Shown here one piece after another: positions 1 through 12,308 of a DNA stretch of 64,000 bases. How positions within the stretch are numbered: position 1 is the stretch's first letter; the number at the start of each line of letters is the position of its first letter. Location: the IMG/VR virus record IMGVR_UViG_3300031998_000016. One strand, 5' to 3'. The notes under the pieces were generated by a model. The model had not been told where the DNA came from, did no database searches, and saw only the letters and a program-made list of their open reading frames with translations. Source of the stretch: an uncultured virus (IMG/VR IMGVR_UViG_3300031998_000016). Its lineage: Duplodnaviria > Heunggongvirae > Uroviricota > Caudoviricetes. The position numbers and the translations under genes are program-made.

Positions 1-788
1 TCTGAATAATACCTTATTCTGCAACCACAATTATAATCAAGAGTATCATTTAAGTGTGATTCAGTAATAAATTGGTATATTTTATAAGTATTATCAGTAT
101 TTAAATAAATAGCCACACCCTAAGCATCTTTACTTATATCTACATAAGGTGCCAAATTCTAAGAGAATGGAGTCTTTTGAGTACGGTGTAAATAACCTTG
201 TTTTAATAACCATCTGTTTTCTGCTACAAGACCATTATCTTGGTCATCCTAATCATATAGGTATTTAGCGGTATGGTCATGGTATTCATCAACACCTCTT
301 TTAATTACACCGCCATTATAAATTTCTTGTGGTATCATATCCCCAGTTCTTGGATTAAAACCAGCTTTCTACGCGCATCTAAAAACTATCTCCCACTCTT
401 CATCAGTTAATTCCGGTGATGGGTAAGCTTTTGTAGAATATGAATTACGGCCATATTTATTTGCCACACTTAACTTAGCAATAGCAGATGTCCAAGGTGA
501 CATTTTCTGTGCTAACTGTCCTGCCGCAAGCATACTTAGAGAAGCCTGTGTAAATAAAGCATCTTCTGCCTTTAACTTAATATCTTTTGTATAAGACCAC
601 GAAATGGTCTTTCTATTACCTATACCACCATAGTGTTCAGATGTACCTACATTCTTTGAAAAATTAGTTAACTTCAAAGAATCAAGATATAGGACTGGGA
701 GATAAAACTCCTCAGTCCCAATCCTGTTTATTGAGTATAAAGTAACGTCAGCTACATCTCTTATTCCTTTTTCAGCAAAAATATTCAT
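1..788 (-). CDS. Tail-tube-like structural protein, paralog 4 (partial; TAG read-through)
   Basis: Frame of ORF 369..788 stays free of TAA/TGA to position 1 across 4 TAGs; shares LDSLK..GG.GN..WS..K.I.L.AEDAL motif with three upstream paralogs. Confidence 0.7.
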
Positions 789-2671
789 TCGCTCTCACTT
801 CCTTTGATAGTAGCTGAGTATTCTTCTGGTGTTAAAATACGCGGCTCTAAAGTCTAAGATGGTAATTTTGTTTCGTCGATAGAATATACATTTAATGTAC
901 CTTCTATAACTGCATTTACATTTTCCGGCGCAAGTTCGTAGTCTTCTGTAGTCTTTACTTCACCTTGCTCTTCACCAAGTAAGATAGGAGCAATATCTCT
1001 ATCCTAAGCGTAAACCGCAAGCGTTAAATCTGGTTCGACAGTACCACTATATTCTTCCGGATATAATACTGGATGAGGACTAGTTTCCTCAACAACAGTT
1101 TCAATATTCTTGCCGCAAGGACAAGCATTATTAACTACATCATAAGCAGTTAATATAATCATTTGACCATTCTTTGGTCTTAATGCATTTAATTTCATTG
1201 AGAATACAGTTGGGTCGCCACTTGCATTTAAGTTTAATTTATTAGTTACAGACAATTTGCATAATGGAATTTCAATTTGGTACTTAATATCTTCTCCATA
1301 TCTATCGCGCATAAAAGTCTGGCCAACAAACTTAAAGTAGCCGGGATAATGTTTAGAATCTATAATAAGTCTTTTGCCTAATGATTTGTGTTCTTTAGCC
1401 TTGAAACGTTCCCATTTATAATAACGTTCCCCACCTTTGATTATAGCTAAGTTACCTGTAACCCTTTGACCATTGCGGCGATAAAATTCAAAAGCATTTG
1501 GTATGTATGGTTGCATTGTCTTAGGGTTCAAATAAACCTTTAAAGGTGTCTGGGAATATTTGTCAAGGTATCTATACTGTCCGTGAAGCATATTTACATC
1601 AGTGTCTATACAGAAGTCCTGTTTAGCTACGAATTCCTCACATTCTTCTATATAGAAGGCATCGTCGTATCCTGTTTCTAGTTTGTATATAGTTTCTTGC
1701 GGCGAAGTAATATTAGTATTGTACACTACATTTACATTAGCAAAATAACGGTAAGGTAAGTAATCGCCATTGTTAATGGCATAATTTTCATCAGTTGTTC
1801 GTTGGCTATAAAGTTTATTGCGTTCGCAACCACTTCTATAACCATCTATATATAAATTCTATGTCAAGAACAAAACGTCCGAATCTGTTACATCTTTACC
1901 CCATTCCTTTAATGTAGCAATAGCCACTGGTTCATATTCCTTTTTAGCGTTGGTAATGTGTTCTCTTATCCATTCAAAAACTTCTCTACCATACTGATAA
2001 TGTATAGCAAAGTATTCATTATCATAGGTATTATAAGTTTCCTAATCATGAATGTATGGAGTCTTATACCATGACTCTTCATTTTCTGTTGGGCCTTTAC
2101 CATTAAAGAAATACCATTTCTAAGTCTGTTCTCTATAGAACAGAATTAAATCATTAATTGCAATTCTATTATTACCATCAGTAGATTCAACATAACCGTC
2201 TATCATCCAACAATATATAGACGATTCTCCAACGTATTGCTTATCATCTACGCCCCACCTATCCGGGATTATCATAAAATCAGAAAATTTTTCTGCAACT
2301 AATGTACTTGTTCTTAAACACTGGTCTGGCGCGAAATCATCCACGTTTCTATCGTAGAAGTATCTCAGATATAATCTTAAATAGCCAGCACCCAATTTAC
2401 CTGTCCAGAACAAACTGTTTGAAGCTGGAGTAAAAAGAGCATCTTCTAAATTAACAACTATATCACGTCCAAAATCCCAAGCCATAAGCTTTGGATTGCA
2501 ACTTCCGCCCGAAGAATAAGCAGAAGAAATACTTTCATCTACAGTGGACACCTTTAAGGTGTCCATGTAGAGAACGGGGATATCGACTTCATTATCGTCT
2601 TTGTCAAGTTCAATGGCATACAGACAGCCCTATAGGACTTCTCTTGTGCCGAACTCCTCAAACATTTCCAT
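785..2671 (-). CDS. Tail-tube-like structural protein, paralog 3 (628 aa with TAG read-through)
   Basis: AAGGAGG RBS + ATG at 2671; joins ORFs 2120..2566 and 1004..1726 in one frame; only TAG interruptions; final TGA overlaps next ATG (ATGA). Confidence 0.75.
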
Positions 2672-2688
2672 CTTATCCCTCCTTTATA

Positions 2689-4707
2689 TTACTGTGCTGT
2701 AATTTTTGTTGAACCGTCCTTTGGTACAAGACCACCACAACCCTGTTTCTGAGTTTTTTCAACTTCAAAGAACTCAATAATCATCTGGCCGCCTTCCTTT
2801 GGCTATGCAACTTCAACTTCCATAGAGAATGTTGTTGGGTCGCCATCAGGACTCATTGTGAAGCTGTTGTTAGATTTAATCTTACATACAGGGAGTGTAA
2901 TCTTAATTCTCTGGTCTTCCTGAGTATCGCGGCTTCTGATAAAGCTTTCCATTTCAATCTGGTATACACCAGGGAATGTGCCCTTATCAACGATAATCTT
3001 CTGAGTGTTAATTGGGTTCTGCTTTGTGCTAAGTGTTAAGCTAGCCTTAAGATATGGTTCTGACTGGTGGAACCAGTAGTCATCATCGTAAGGAGCCATT
3101 GTGTTTGGATTAACATATGCCCAGATTTCGCGGCTAAGATTTGGCTTCTTGCAGCATGGTACGCAAAGGCCTGTATCTTCTGAAACACCTTCTGAATCTG
3201 TAAGTGAGTAATCCACACCTGTTACTTCGCCAACAGTACCAACAGTTGATGGTGTTGCAAGTGTTCTCTTAATGTAAAGAGCACCTGTTCTATCAATCTT
3301 GAAGTTGTCTACTGAAGCTGTAGCTGCTGTCTTATCATCAAGCTCTGGGGCTGTGCTAAGGAAGATTGGGAAAGCAACCGCAAAACCTGTTACATCAGTA
3401 AAGAAATCAAGGAAATCTGTTTCTGTGTACCAAGTGTTGTAAGCAAGTGTTGAATGTTCATCGGCTAAAACTGTTGTGATACCCTGTTTAACAGTAAGGT
3501 TATTTGCATAATCAAGAGTTGAAACGTATGTTGAATTAGCGAATGGTCTTACTGTATCATCAAGGCCACCAACAATATCTTTTGGACCGATTGAGTATAT
3601 GTCTTCCTTGTACTTAGTAATGATGTAATAAGCAAGAGCATTAATGCTATCAAATCTTACCCACATATCAATGCCGGCAAACTGTGTAACATCAACAACT
3701 TCTGTTACGTCAATCCAAGCAAGGTCTTCCTGTGCTACGCCGTCTCCAGCGATTTCTGGGTCAACATCTTCGATTTTTCTTGTTAAATCCCAGTCTACAG
3801 TAGTTGCACCAAGATAAGCTCTGATAGAACCATCAAGGCAAACTCTGATTTTTAAGAATGGGTAAGCATCAACATCATCTAAGTATCTAAGTGCCTTATC
3901 TTCTACAACGCTAGCACAAGCCTTTGTTGTTTCACCATTCTCGTTCTGTTTATGATAAATGATTTTTGCGGCTACCGGAGTATCCTCATATAAATCATAA
4001 CCTCTCTTATAAGTAATCTCATATTTAAAAGATTCAGATGGCTGATTAATACCAACTGTCTGTCTTCTCTTAATTGGATAAGATTTACCATAGATATTAA
4101 AAAATCTATCCGGAACGATAGCTAATGACCTTACCTCAGACTCAATTTCTGCGGCCCATCTGTAAGGCTTACCCTTAACTGCACCGAAACCTTTAATATT
4201 TACACCATCAATAACAGATGAACGCTGTAAATAAATCGGGTCACCATTGAAGTCCTGAACAACGTCTTCAGAGCCATCTCTTGGAAGTAAATTACCAACT
4301 GTAGCTTCTGCACCATCATTTCTAGGATAGAAACATTTTTCAAAACGGCTAACTCTATCAACGCCGCAATTATTAACAAGTCCTGATGTTATATCAACCT
4401 GACCATTTTTCCAATCTGCGCCAAGAACACCGCCCCAGCATAAGCCGAGTGATGCTGGTGTACAAAGTGCATCTTCAAGTGTGAGATTAATTGTTTTACC
4501 GAAATCCCATGAAATAAGTCTAGAGTTACCTCTGCCGCCTTGTGCCCAAGTGCCATCAGCAGATTTTTCTGTAGTTGCAACCTTTAAAGTATCAAGGAAT
4601 AAGGCTGGGAGGCGATAGAGTCCTCCCGAGCCATCCTTTTTCTTATGAATACTTGAAATGGTTACATCAGCGGCTTCCTTTATACCATACTGGTCAAATA
4701 AGTTCAC
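2689..4707 (-). CDS. Tail-tube-like structural protein, paralog 2 (672 aa, one TAG)
   Basis: ORF 2803..4707 extends through TAG to TAA at 2689; the extension (PKEGGQMIIEFFEV..KDGSTKI) aligns with the C-terminus of paralog 1. Confidence 0.75.
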
Positions 4708-4728
4708 TGAGTATCACCTCTCAATTAA

Positions 4729-7700
4729 TCAATATTCTGTAGCGCCAATAGCGATTGCTTCGCCCTCGTCTTCTCCGTCAACCTTGTAAAGTTCAGCTTC
4801 ATCAAGAAGGTTAAGGTTCTCAGTACCAACAATCATTGTTGAACCATCGTTTTCTTCTGTATTTTCTACAATTTCAAACTGAACGAATTTAACCATTTCG
4901 CCGTTTTCAGGTCTCTGAACGTCCATGTCAAAGCTGAATACTACTGGGTCACCATCAGCAGAAAGTTCGATTGCTGTGCTTTCGCTTGTCATCTTAGCTT
5001 CTGCAATGATAATCTGGAAGCTTTCGTCTTTACCAGTCTTCTTGTTTCTTACAACTGTTTCACCAACTACACGGTATGTACCTGGGAATGATTCAGCAGA
5101 AACAATGATTTCCTTAGCGATAGCGTTTCCGTTATAGCCAACTGAACGTGTGAACTTGATGTAAACTTCGCCCTTAGCAATTGGAGTACCATCCTGATAT
5201 GGCTGAAGTGTTTCTGGGTCAAGATATACTGCCTGAGCTGTTGCTTCGCCTTCAGATGGAATACCTTCAGAGTTACCAGCTGGTACAATGAAGTTTCTCT
5301 TTGCTGTGTACTTGTTGTATCTGTTTACAACATCTGTGTCCTGAACAGCTTCAGCCGGGCTATTTCCGCCTGCCCAAAGAGCAGCCATTGAAGCCGGTGT
5401 AAAGAGAGCATCTTCAAAGTGAAGTGTGATTTCCTTACCGTAGTCCCAAGTGATAAGTTTAGCGTTGCCGCGACCACCTTCAGCCTGTGACTTCTGAGCT
5501 GTCTGGTTAAGGTTAGTAACCTTTAATGTATCGAGATAAAGAACTGGAGTGTACTTAGTAACGTTCTTTGTAATCTTTCTTGTCTTGATAGCAGCAACTG
5601 TGCAAGTAGCATCGAATGATGTACCGAATTCGTTGCAATCTACTGTGTGAATAAGACCATTCTTAACAACTCTTACGAGGTGAGCATCAGTAGCATAACC
5701 GTTTTCGTTAATCATCCAAGCAATCTTGTTAATTGCCTTTGTGCCGTACTTATTAACTACAAATACAAGTCCGAATGAACCGATTGTAATAAGTGCAAGG
5801 TTGCAAGTACCAGCGAATACCTTGTCCTGATAGAAGAGCTTGTTACCAGCCTTATCAAAGAACTCGAAGATACCGTTGTTATCTGTTGCAAGGCTCTTAG
5901 CATTTACGTTTGTAAGTAAGTAAATGTGTGCGCTGTTTGAAAGAGCACCGCTTGATGGGTCAACATAGATTGCTCTATTTGACTGTTTAGCTTCAGATGA
6001 AAGAATTCTAATCTGACCAACCTGACCGTCTGTGTCAGCACAAGCAAGAGCATTAAGTACGCTTTCAAGATTGTAAAGTGATGAAAGTGCATTACCAGTA
6101 ACAAGGTCAGTAACTGCAACACCATTGATTGTGTAGCTATTGTACTTGTTCTGTGCTGCGATGTCGTCGATGATTGGTGAAGCAACAGTTTCCTTACCAG
6201 TTACCTTGTAGCCACCAAATACTCTTGTGAAGCCTGTTTCACTTGAATCTACAGAAGCGTCAAGTGTCTTAGCCTTCTGCTTAAGAGCATCAATTGCATC
6301 GTTAATGCTGTAGTGTGTGTCGTCGCCCCAAGTATTTACTGCATTGTAGATACCTGTATCAACGCCCTTACGAGCTGTAGCGAAGTCGTAATATGTATTA
6401 TTCTGGTCGAATAATGTGATTGTACCTGTCTTCTTATTGTAAGCACCACCGAGCTGCTGTGGAACATAGAATCCCATTTCATTTTCAACAAGAAGTTCTG
6501 CATAATCGCTGTATGTGATGTCATAAGCCTTTGCGCTGTATGATTCTGTAAGCTGATTGATTGTCTTGTTTACTTCTACGATGTCGTAAAGACCTTCTGA
6601 AACAGAACCAGCTACGCCAACAACTACAACCTTTGTTTCGCTACCTGGAGCAGCCGCAAAGCTGTCATTGAATTCGATACCAGCAAACATTGAGTCAGGG
6701 TTAGCGAATCTATAACGTGTACCAGACTTTGTGATAAGGTTCTGATTCTTAGCGAATAACATGCATACCTGTTCAGCATATGAGAATTCATGTGTACCAG
6801 GTGTCTTATCGCTGTCCATTACATAGTGAGCAGCAGAATCTGGGTTGATGTCGTAAGCGCCCTGTCCAGCTTCGATTGAAGAAACAAGTGCTGTTGAGAA
6901 TGTGATTGCATAAGACATAGCAGAGAAGCCTGTTGTAGCAACAGAAGCTACTGTAGCATCAGCAATGTCAGAAGCTGTCATGCTTGTGTAAGCAACTGAA
7001 ACATCATCGTTTGAACCAGCTTCAGCAACTAAGCCCTGAACCTGAGCGATTGTAAGTGAGTTGCTCTTTGCAGATTCTACGATTGCGGCAACACTGTTTG
7101 AAAGTGTAGCATCAGCAAATGTAAATACTGCTGTACCTGTTGTTGTGTCAGCAAGTGTGAAAGTTACTGTGATTGTTCCTGTATATGTATCTGTGTTAGC
7201 TTCGCCGCGACATCTAATCTTAGAAATTGTGATTGTGTCACTTTCGTAGCCTTCTGCAAAAAGTTCTGCAGCGTCTACTGCGCTACCAGATTCATCGTTA
7301 ACAAGAGATTCAACCTCAACGTTTGATGCGCCGAAAATCTTAGCAGGAGTACCACCCTTTACATAGTTTGAAATAGCTGTGAAGTCTGCGCTTGAAGATG
7401 GAACTTCTGCACCAACAGCATATGTGCCAGAAACGAGTGTACCGTCATCTGTAAGGATTGAAATACCCTTAACGTCGATTATATCATCACAATCGTAGTT
7501 GTAATGAGTAAGTATGTCAGCGTTCTTAAATACGTAAGCTTCAAAACCTTCTTCTGCGCCAGCGCCAGTTTCATCAAGTGGGTAAACCATTGTTCTTGTG
7601 AGAGCGCCTTTAAGAATAGAAGATGCTGAAAAGTTTCTACGTGATTCGTATGTTTCCTTTACTGTGTCGATTCTTTCGAGCATAAGGTCAACGATTTCAC

Positions 7701-7734
7701 GAGAACCAAATTTTTCATAAAGATTGTCTGCCAT
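4729..7734 (-). CDS. Large tail-tube-like / major tail structural protein, paralog 1 (~1000 aa)
   Basis: Long ORF with no internal TAG and strongly biased codons; AAGGAGG RBS before ATG 7734; LDTLKV..GGRGNAKLITWDYGK and FPGTY..ADGDPVVFSF motifs; follows neck genes. Confidence 0.7.
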   Translation of the reverse strand: MADNLYEKFGSREIVDLMLERIDTVKETYESRRNFSASSILKGALTRTMVYPLDETGAGAEEGFEAYVFKNADILTHYNYDCDDIIDVKGISILTDDGTLVSGTYAVGAEVPSSSADFTAISNYVKGGTPAKIFGASNVEVESLVNDESGSAVDAAELFAEGYESDTITISKIRCRGEANTDTYTGTITVTFTLADTTTGTAVFTFADATLSNSVAAIVESAKSNSLTIAQVQGLVAEAGSNDDVSVAYTSMTASDIADATVASVATTGFSAMSYAITFSTALVSSIEAGQGAYDINPDSAAHYVMDSDKTPGTHEFSYAEQVCMLFAKNQNLITKSGTRYRFANPDSMFAGIEFNDSFAAAPGSETKVVVVGVAGSVSEGLYDIVEVNKTINQLTESYSAKAYDITYSDYAELLVENEMGFYVPQQLGGAYNKKTGTITLFDQNNTYYDFATARKGVDTGIYNAVNTWGDDTHYSINDAIDALKQKAKTLDASVDSSETGFTRVFGGYKVTGKETVASPIIDDIAAQNKYNSYTINGVAVTDLVTGNALSSLYNLESVLNALACADTDGQVGQIRILSSEAKQSNRAIYVDPSSGALSNSAHIYLLTNVNAKSLATDNNGIFEFFDKAGNKLFYQDKVFAGTCNLALITIGSFGLVFVVNKYGTKAINKIAWMINENGYATDAHLVRVVKNGLIHTVDCNEFGTSFDATCTVAAIKTRKITKNVTKYTPVLYLDTLKVTNLNQTAQKSQAEGGRGNAKLITWDYGKEITLHFEDALFTPASMAALWAGGNSPAEAVQDTDVVNRYNKYTAKRNFIVPAGNSEGIPSEGEATAQAVYLDPETLQPYQDGTPIAKGEVYIKFTRSVGYNGNAIAKEIIVSAESFPGTYRVVGETVVRNKKTGKDESFQIIIAEAKMTSESTAIELSADGDPVVFSFDMDVQRPENGEMVKFVQFEIVENTEENDGSTMIVGTENLNLLDEAELYKVDGEDEGEAIAIGATEY

Positions 7735-7752
7735 TAACTTCAACCTCCTTAG

Positions 7753-8502
7753 TTAATCTTTTTTAGATAAGCCCCAATATTCGGGCTTTATGTTCTTAGG
7801 GTCTCCACCCGCCCATAGCGTGTGTAAGTCCTAATCCCATTTTTCTTTTCGCTGGTATCTTGAAAGTAAACCATAGAAACAATAAAGAGATTTATTCTAA
7901 TAATCAATTCCGAAAACCTCGGCAATCTCCAGTAAATCTTCAAGACTCTGTTCCTCGCCGTTTTGCTACTGCTATTTGCGCTTTACTGCTTCGCGCTTTT
8001 CTCTTGCCAGACGCATCTTTTTGGCTATTGCAGATTCGTTCTCTGGCGGCGGCTCTGGAACATCTTTTCTGTTCTAAAGTCGCAAAATTGTTTGAAAGTC
8101 TTCAAAATTATCATTAGTAATAAGTCGCTTATCTTCCGGCGAACCGACAAGAACAGCGTTTAATTTTGGGAGTAATAATATCTCCTCGTCTATAAAGGTA
8201 GAAAAAGCCGATTCTAGTTCTAACAAAAACGAATCACTAGCCTCGGCATTTCTAAGCAAATATGTTAGTGGGCGAAGGTCACCAAATTCTTCAGGTTTAA
8301 GTCCTTTTTCGGTAATGATATTCTCAATCTCCGGAGTCGTAAGAAGTAGTAAACCTAAACGTGTATAATAGGTCGTTGAACCCATTTTTAAAAATTCGCC
8401 CATGGTAATAGGTTTAACTTGGCAGATATTAGAGAACCACGAAGGATAACCGCCATAAGCTTGTTCCTTTACCACTTTCATTTGATTAGTTGAAAGTGCC
8501 AA
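7753..8502 (-). CDS. Putative tail assembly protein (249 aa with TAG read-through)
   Basis: ORF 8074..8502 continues through 5 TAGs to TAA at 7753; contains TAG-CAG-TAG-CAA run; function from position only. Confidence 0.6.
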
Positions 8503-8998
8503 CAGTAAACCTCATTACATAACTTCCCACATTCTTTGTAAGAGAAGAGAGGTCGAAACCGTCATATCTGATTTCTCCTAAACCATTAATTGTCTTGTTT
8601 TGGAGTGATTTGCGTATTTCCGCCATAATTGCATGAGGTCTTAAGTTATCACCAGCAATTAGCCATTCTTCAAATGGACTATAGACATATACTAAAATAG
8701 TAGAACGTTCATTTTTGGCATTATCATCATACACTGTACCGCCGGCATAAACTATAACAAGTTTACTTGTGGTTGTTTCATCAACAGCTTCGACTAATGG
8801 TACTACACGTATCTGTTTACCAAATATATCCTTCATAGGATTTTCTATGTCTTTATGCTGAGCCCCTAGTGGGTCAACATCGGTGTTAACTAAGAGTTTT
8901 AAAAGATTTTGGTTTTTAAGTAGGCTTTTAGCTATTTTAATTAAGTTCTTGCCAAACTCTTGACCATAATTAACTTTTGATTCTTCCATGTTAATCAC
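8486..8998 (-). CDS. Putative neck / tail-completion protein
   Basis: Intact ORF overlapping both neighbours in the morphogenesis operon; function from synteny only. Confidence 0.55.
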   Translation of the reverse strand: MINMEESKVNYGQEFGKNLIKIAKSLLKNQNLLKLLVNTDVDPLGAQHKDIENPMKDIFGKQIRVVPLVEAVDETTTSKLVIVYAGGTVYDDNAKNERSTILVYVYSPFEEWLIAGDNLRPHAIMAEIRKSLQNKTINGLGEIRYDGFDLSSLTKNVGSYVMRFTVGTFN

Positions 8999-9735
8999 CT
9001 CTTGTTCTCGTGATTCAAGAAGAAGTTGTCTTCTTCTCCTACCAAAATATCTCTCGATGAATTTGGCTCTGGCGGCGAAACGAGCGTTTCTTCAAATGAA
9101 AGAATTGCTACGTTTTTAATACTTAAATCGTCATTACCAGATATTTTCCATCCTCTTCCTTCATATGTAAAATACATATCTTTCTTAAGGAAGTCAAAAT
9201 TCTATGTCATAAACTTTCTATGAGCAAGTGGTTCTCTATAGGATACTGCTCCGTATGACATTATCTTATCCTAAACAAAAACAGATTGTTCACTAACTAT
9301 TTTTGCCGGGATAGTATAAAGAGTTTCGCCATACTGATTTGGTATGACAATAGTTGTATCAAGTTCTATAGCTTCATAAGATTGGTAGCCGTGTGTAATA
9401 TCATCACTAACATAAACAACCAACCATAGTTTATTATATTCTACATCTTTGTTTTTTTGGTAAACCTTAAATATATCTCCCGTCTTTTGGCGCGAAAACT
9501 TTAAAGGAACTAAGATGTTAGAAACTATTTTATCTTGTGTCCACTTTGACGGCTATACAGAACAAGGGATTTCTACCTCTTCATCGTTTATACCATAAAT
9601 TACGGCGCGATATTTTGTTTTCTGAATAAACAGCTTATCAAACTCACGTTCTTTCATGGTTCTCACTCTTTCCTGTATATTTGTGCCATCTTTATTCATT
9701 CTTTTTAAATAAACATCTTCAAAATAATTACTCAT
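8995..9735 (-). CDS. Putative head-closure / neck protein (246 aa with TAG read-through)
   Basis: ORFs 9553..9735 and 8995..9177 are in one frame separated only by 3 TAGs. Confidence 0.6.
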
Positions 9736-9998
9736 AGCACATCAATCCTATCAATGATATTCATGCACTCGAAAATTATTTTTCTATAATATTTATACGA
9801 AACAAAGCGGCAAGATGCTAATTTAGAATATAATACATAGTAATCAAAACTCTTTTTCTTGTTTTCAAAGTTATTTAAATCTATAAGGATATTATCGAGA
9901 AAAGTTTCCCATGACCCATCTTTTTCTCTTTCGCAGAGTAAACCGTATAAACGATTCTTAAGGGTTTCCTTATACTTATCTACGTATTTTTCGTCCAT
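9732..9998 (-). CDS. Hypothetical protein in head-tail module
   Basis: 88-aa ORF with ATGA overlap to the next gene. Confidence 0.6.
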   Translation of the reverse strand: MDEKYVDKYKETLKNRLYGLLCEREKDGSWETFLDNILIDLNNFENKKKSFDYYVLYSKLASCRFVSYKYYRKIIFECMNIIDRIDVL

Positions 9999-10452
9999 TC
10001 TTTCCGCCGCCTCCCGCTAATTGTCTATATTTAAAAGGAGACTTATTGACTGAACGATAGTATGTTCTCTCTAAGTCTAAAGCTTCTTTACAAACCTAAT
10101 CCTTTAACTGAATAAATGTCTTTAAAAGATTAGCCTGTGAGAAGTCTGCTTCATCATATTGTGTCTTAATGTTTTCCCAACTGTCAACGGTTCTTTTGAG
10201 CCATTGCTGTTTCATAAAAGTTGCGATAACTTGAATTTCTGCATTTCCTATACTATCATCAACAAAGCACTGATTAGCTTCATCAATATCAAGTTTGCAT
10301 CTTGGGAACTTAAAATAAGGGAGAGCCTAATCTAAGAAAGCTCTCCAGTCTTTTATGAACCATTCAAGTTCTTCCTTTGAATAACAATGTGACCATTCAT
10401 CTTCGTTGACCTTTGATAGAAAAACGCCATAAACATCCATCAAAGTTGTCAA
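9976..10452 (-). CDS. Putative head-tail connector protein (158 aa, 2 TAGs; absent from ORF track)
   Basis: GAGGTG RBS + TTG; reads MTTLMDVYGVFLSKVNEDEW...DFSQANLLKTF...YYRS to TAA; fills the gap in the operon. Confidence 0.65.
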
Positions 10453-10465
10453 TTATCTCACCTCA

Positions 10466-11020
10466 TTATCTTCTTGTTGGTTTAAATACACCTTCCGGTT
10501 CTCTGTCCTCTCTTGCTGATGCGGCTCTCTTATCAGCTTCTTCAAAGGCTCTCTTCTTAGCAATCATAGCTACAGTGTCAAGGCCTGTAATTTCTTTAAG
10601 AATATCTGATTTTTCCGGATTATAAATATCATTTTTCGCCGCGAATTTTACAAGTTCTGCTGCTTCTTCATAAGTAACATGAGAAAGTCTTTCAACGAAA
10701 TCTGGGATTGATGCAGTAGTTAAAAGCTGAACCTTTTCTTCATCTGAGAAAACAACAATATTTGTTGGAATTGTTGTGTCTGGTTCTTCAAGACCAAGGT
10801 CTATCTTATCTTCCATACTGTCAATAAAAAGCATACCAGATTCAATCATATTTCTAAAACCTGTCTGGAATAAAAGCTGTGCAACCATATCAAATGGAAT
10901 TTCCTGAACTACGTTCTTTCTTGGGAATTCCCTTCTAAGATTATTAATAGGGTCTACAACCACTACTGTCTTGTCTGTTGTGTTTCTAAGTCTTACCATT
11001 CTTGTTGTACTCTGTAACAT
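10466..11020 (-). CDS. Hypothetical structural-module protein
   Basis: 184-aa ORF with GGAGG RBS directly after the capsid gene. Confidence 0.7.
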   Translation of the reverse strand: MLQSTTRMVRLRNTTDKTVVVVDPINNLRREFPRKNVVQEIPFDMVAQLLFQTGFRNMIESGMLFIDSMEDKIDLGLEEPDTTIPTNIVVFSDEEKVQLLTTASIPDFVERLSHVTYEEAAELVKFAAKNDIYNPEKSDILKEITGLDTVAMIAKKRAFEEADKRAASAREDREPEGVFKPTRR

Positions 11021-11116
11021 TTAAATTCCTCCTTTAAACTCCTTTTAAATATATAAAGAAAGGTGGTGAGAAATCTCTCACTCACCTTTTCTTTACTATG
11101 TATTCGATTTTTAAGA

Positions 11117-12289
11117 TTAAAGTGTATTAATCTTTGATGGGTCTGCGTAATCAGTTCCCTGACCAACATTAACCTTGCCAAGTTTGTGTGGGTGGTTAAC
11201 GAAGCCGAGGTTGTTAACGTCGATAATGCATGGGTTAGATGCAAGGTCGAGGTTTTCGTATACACACCAGTTGTTTGTTGTAAGAATTGCAACGCCGAAT
11301 CTCTTGTAAACTTCAAGTTCGATTGAACGGTCTCTGTTCTTGAAGTCATCAATCTGTGTTTCGCCTTCGAATACAACCTTAACAATCTTTTCGCCCATGT
11401 TAGCTGGCATTACAAATGCGTACTGTGATGGAATCTGGTACATATCGTTGTTTTCGTCAACGAATGACTGTGGAAGCTGAACGATTGGTGTACCTCTGAA
11501 TGTTGTTACGAAACCACCATTAGCAATATCGTTAATATCCTTTGGTGAGTAAACTGGTGTAGCATAACCAGCGTTTGAAGCTGGGTTAGCGAGGATTGGC
11601 ATACCGATTGCATCAGGACCCATTTCAGCTACCCATTCTGGTGTAGCAAGGATTACTGCTGAACCGCCGCCATATGTCTTAGCAATTGTGATAAGTCTCA
11701 TCATTGAAGCTGGGTCAAAGCCGTTTGTAGCAACCTTGTTAGCAATTGGCATATCAGAGTTCTGAACTGTAGCGATAAGAGCCTTAGCGATTTCTCTGTT
11801 GATAGCTTCCTGAAGACCTTCCATTAAAAGGTTGAAAGGTTCTGTGATGTCTTCATCACCTGAACGGAGTCTTTCGAAGTCAATGTAAGCAGCGCCACCG
11901 AAAGCCTTGCCTCCAACTTCGAAGTAGTCGTGGTCAAGTCTGAAGGCTTCGTATACACCTGAAAGACCTACTTCTGTAATGAATGTCTTTGCACGCATAC
12001 GTCCTCTCTTAACCTTGAATGTGTACTTCTGGTTAAGTCCTACTGTCTTGTATTCAGCAAATACACCGAAAGCATCTCCAACGTACTTAGGAAGAACTTC
12101 ATCGAATGATTCCTGCATAATCTGGAAGATTGTGTATTTGTTTTCTTCATAATCTTTTCTTGTTGCGCAGAGCTTATTAAATTCGTCTACGATTGTGCCC
12201 TTTACATCTGTAGCACTGTACTTTGTTACATCTGGAGAAGTACCTCTAAGTGCATGGATATAAAGTGTTTTGATTGCGTTCTTATCCAT
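11117..12289 (-). CDS. Major capsid protein
   Basis: 390 aa, strongest codon bias, no TAG, downstream of portal/protease/scaffold, followed by hairpin at ~11060-11092. Confidence 0.8.
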   Translation of the reverse strand: MDKNAIKTLYIHALRGTSPDVTKYSATDVKGTIVDEFNKLCATRKDYEENKYTIFQIMQESFDEVLPKYVGDAFGVFAEYKTVGLNQKYTFKVKRGRMRAKTFITEVGLSGVYEAFRLDHDYFEVGGKAFGGAAYIDFERLRSGDEDITEPFNLLMEGLQEAINREIAKALIATVQNSDMPIANKVATNGFDPASMMRLITIAKTYGGGSAVILATPEWVAEMGPDAIGMPILANPASNAGYATPVYSPKDINDIANGGFVTTFRGTPIVQLPQSFVDENNDMYQIPSQYAFVMPANMGEKIVKVVFEGETQIDDFKNRDRSIELEVYKRFGVAILTTNNWCVYENLDLASNPCIIDVNNLGFVNHPHKLGKVNVGQGTDYADPSKINTL

Positions 12290-12308
12290 TAATTATCACC
12301 TCTCCTTA

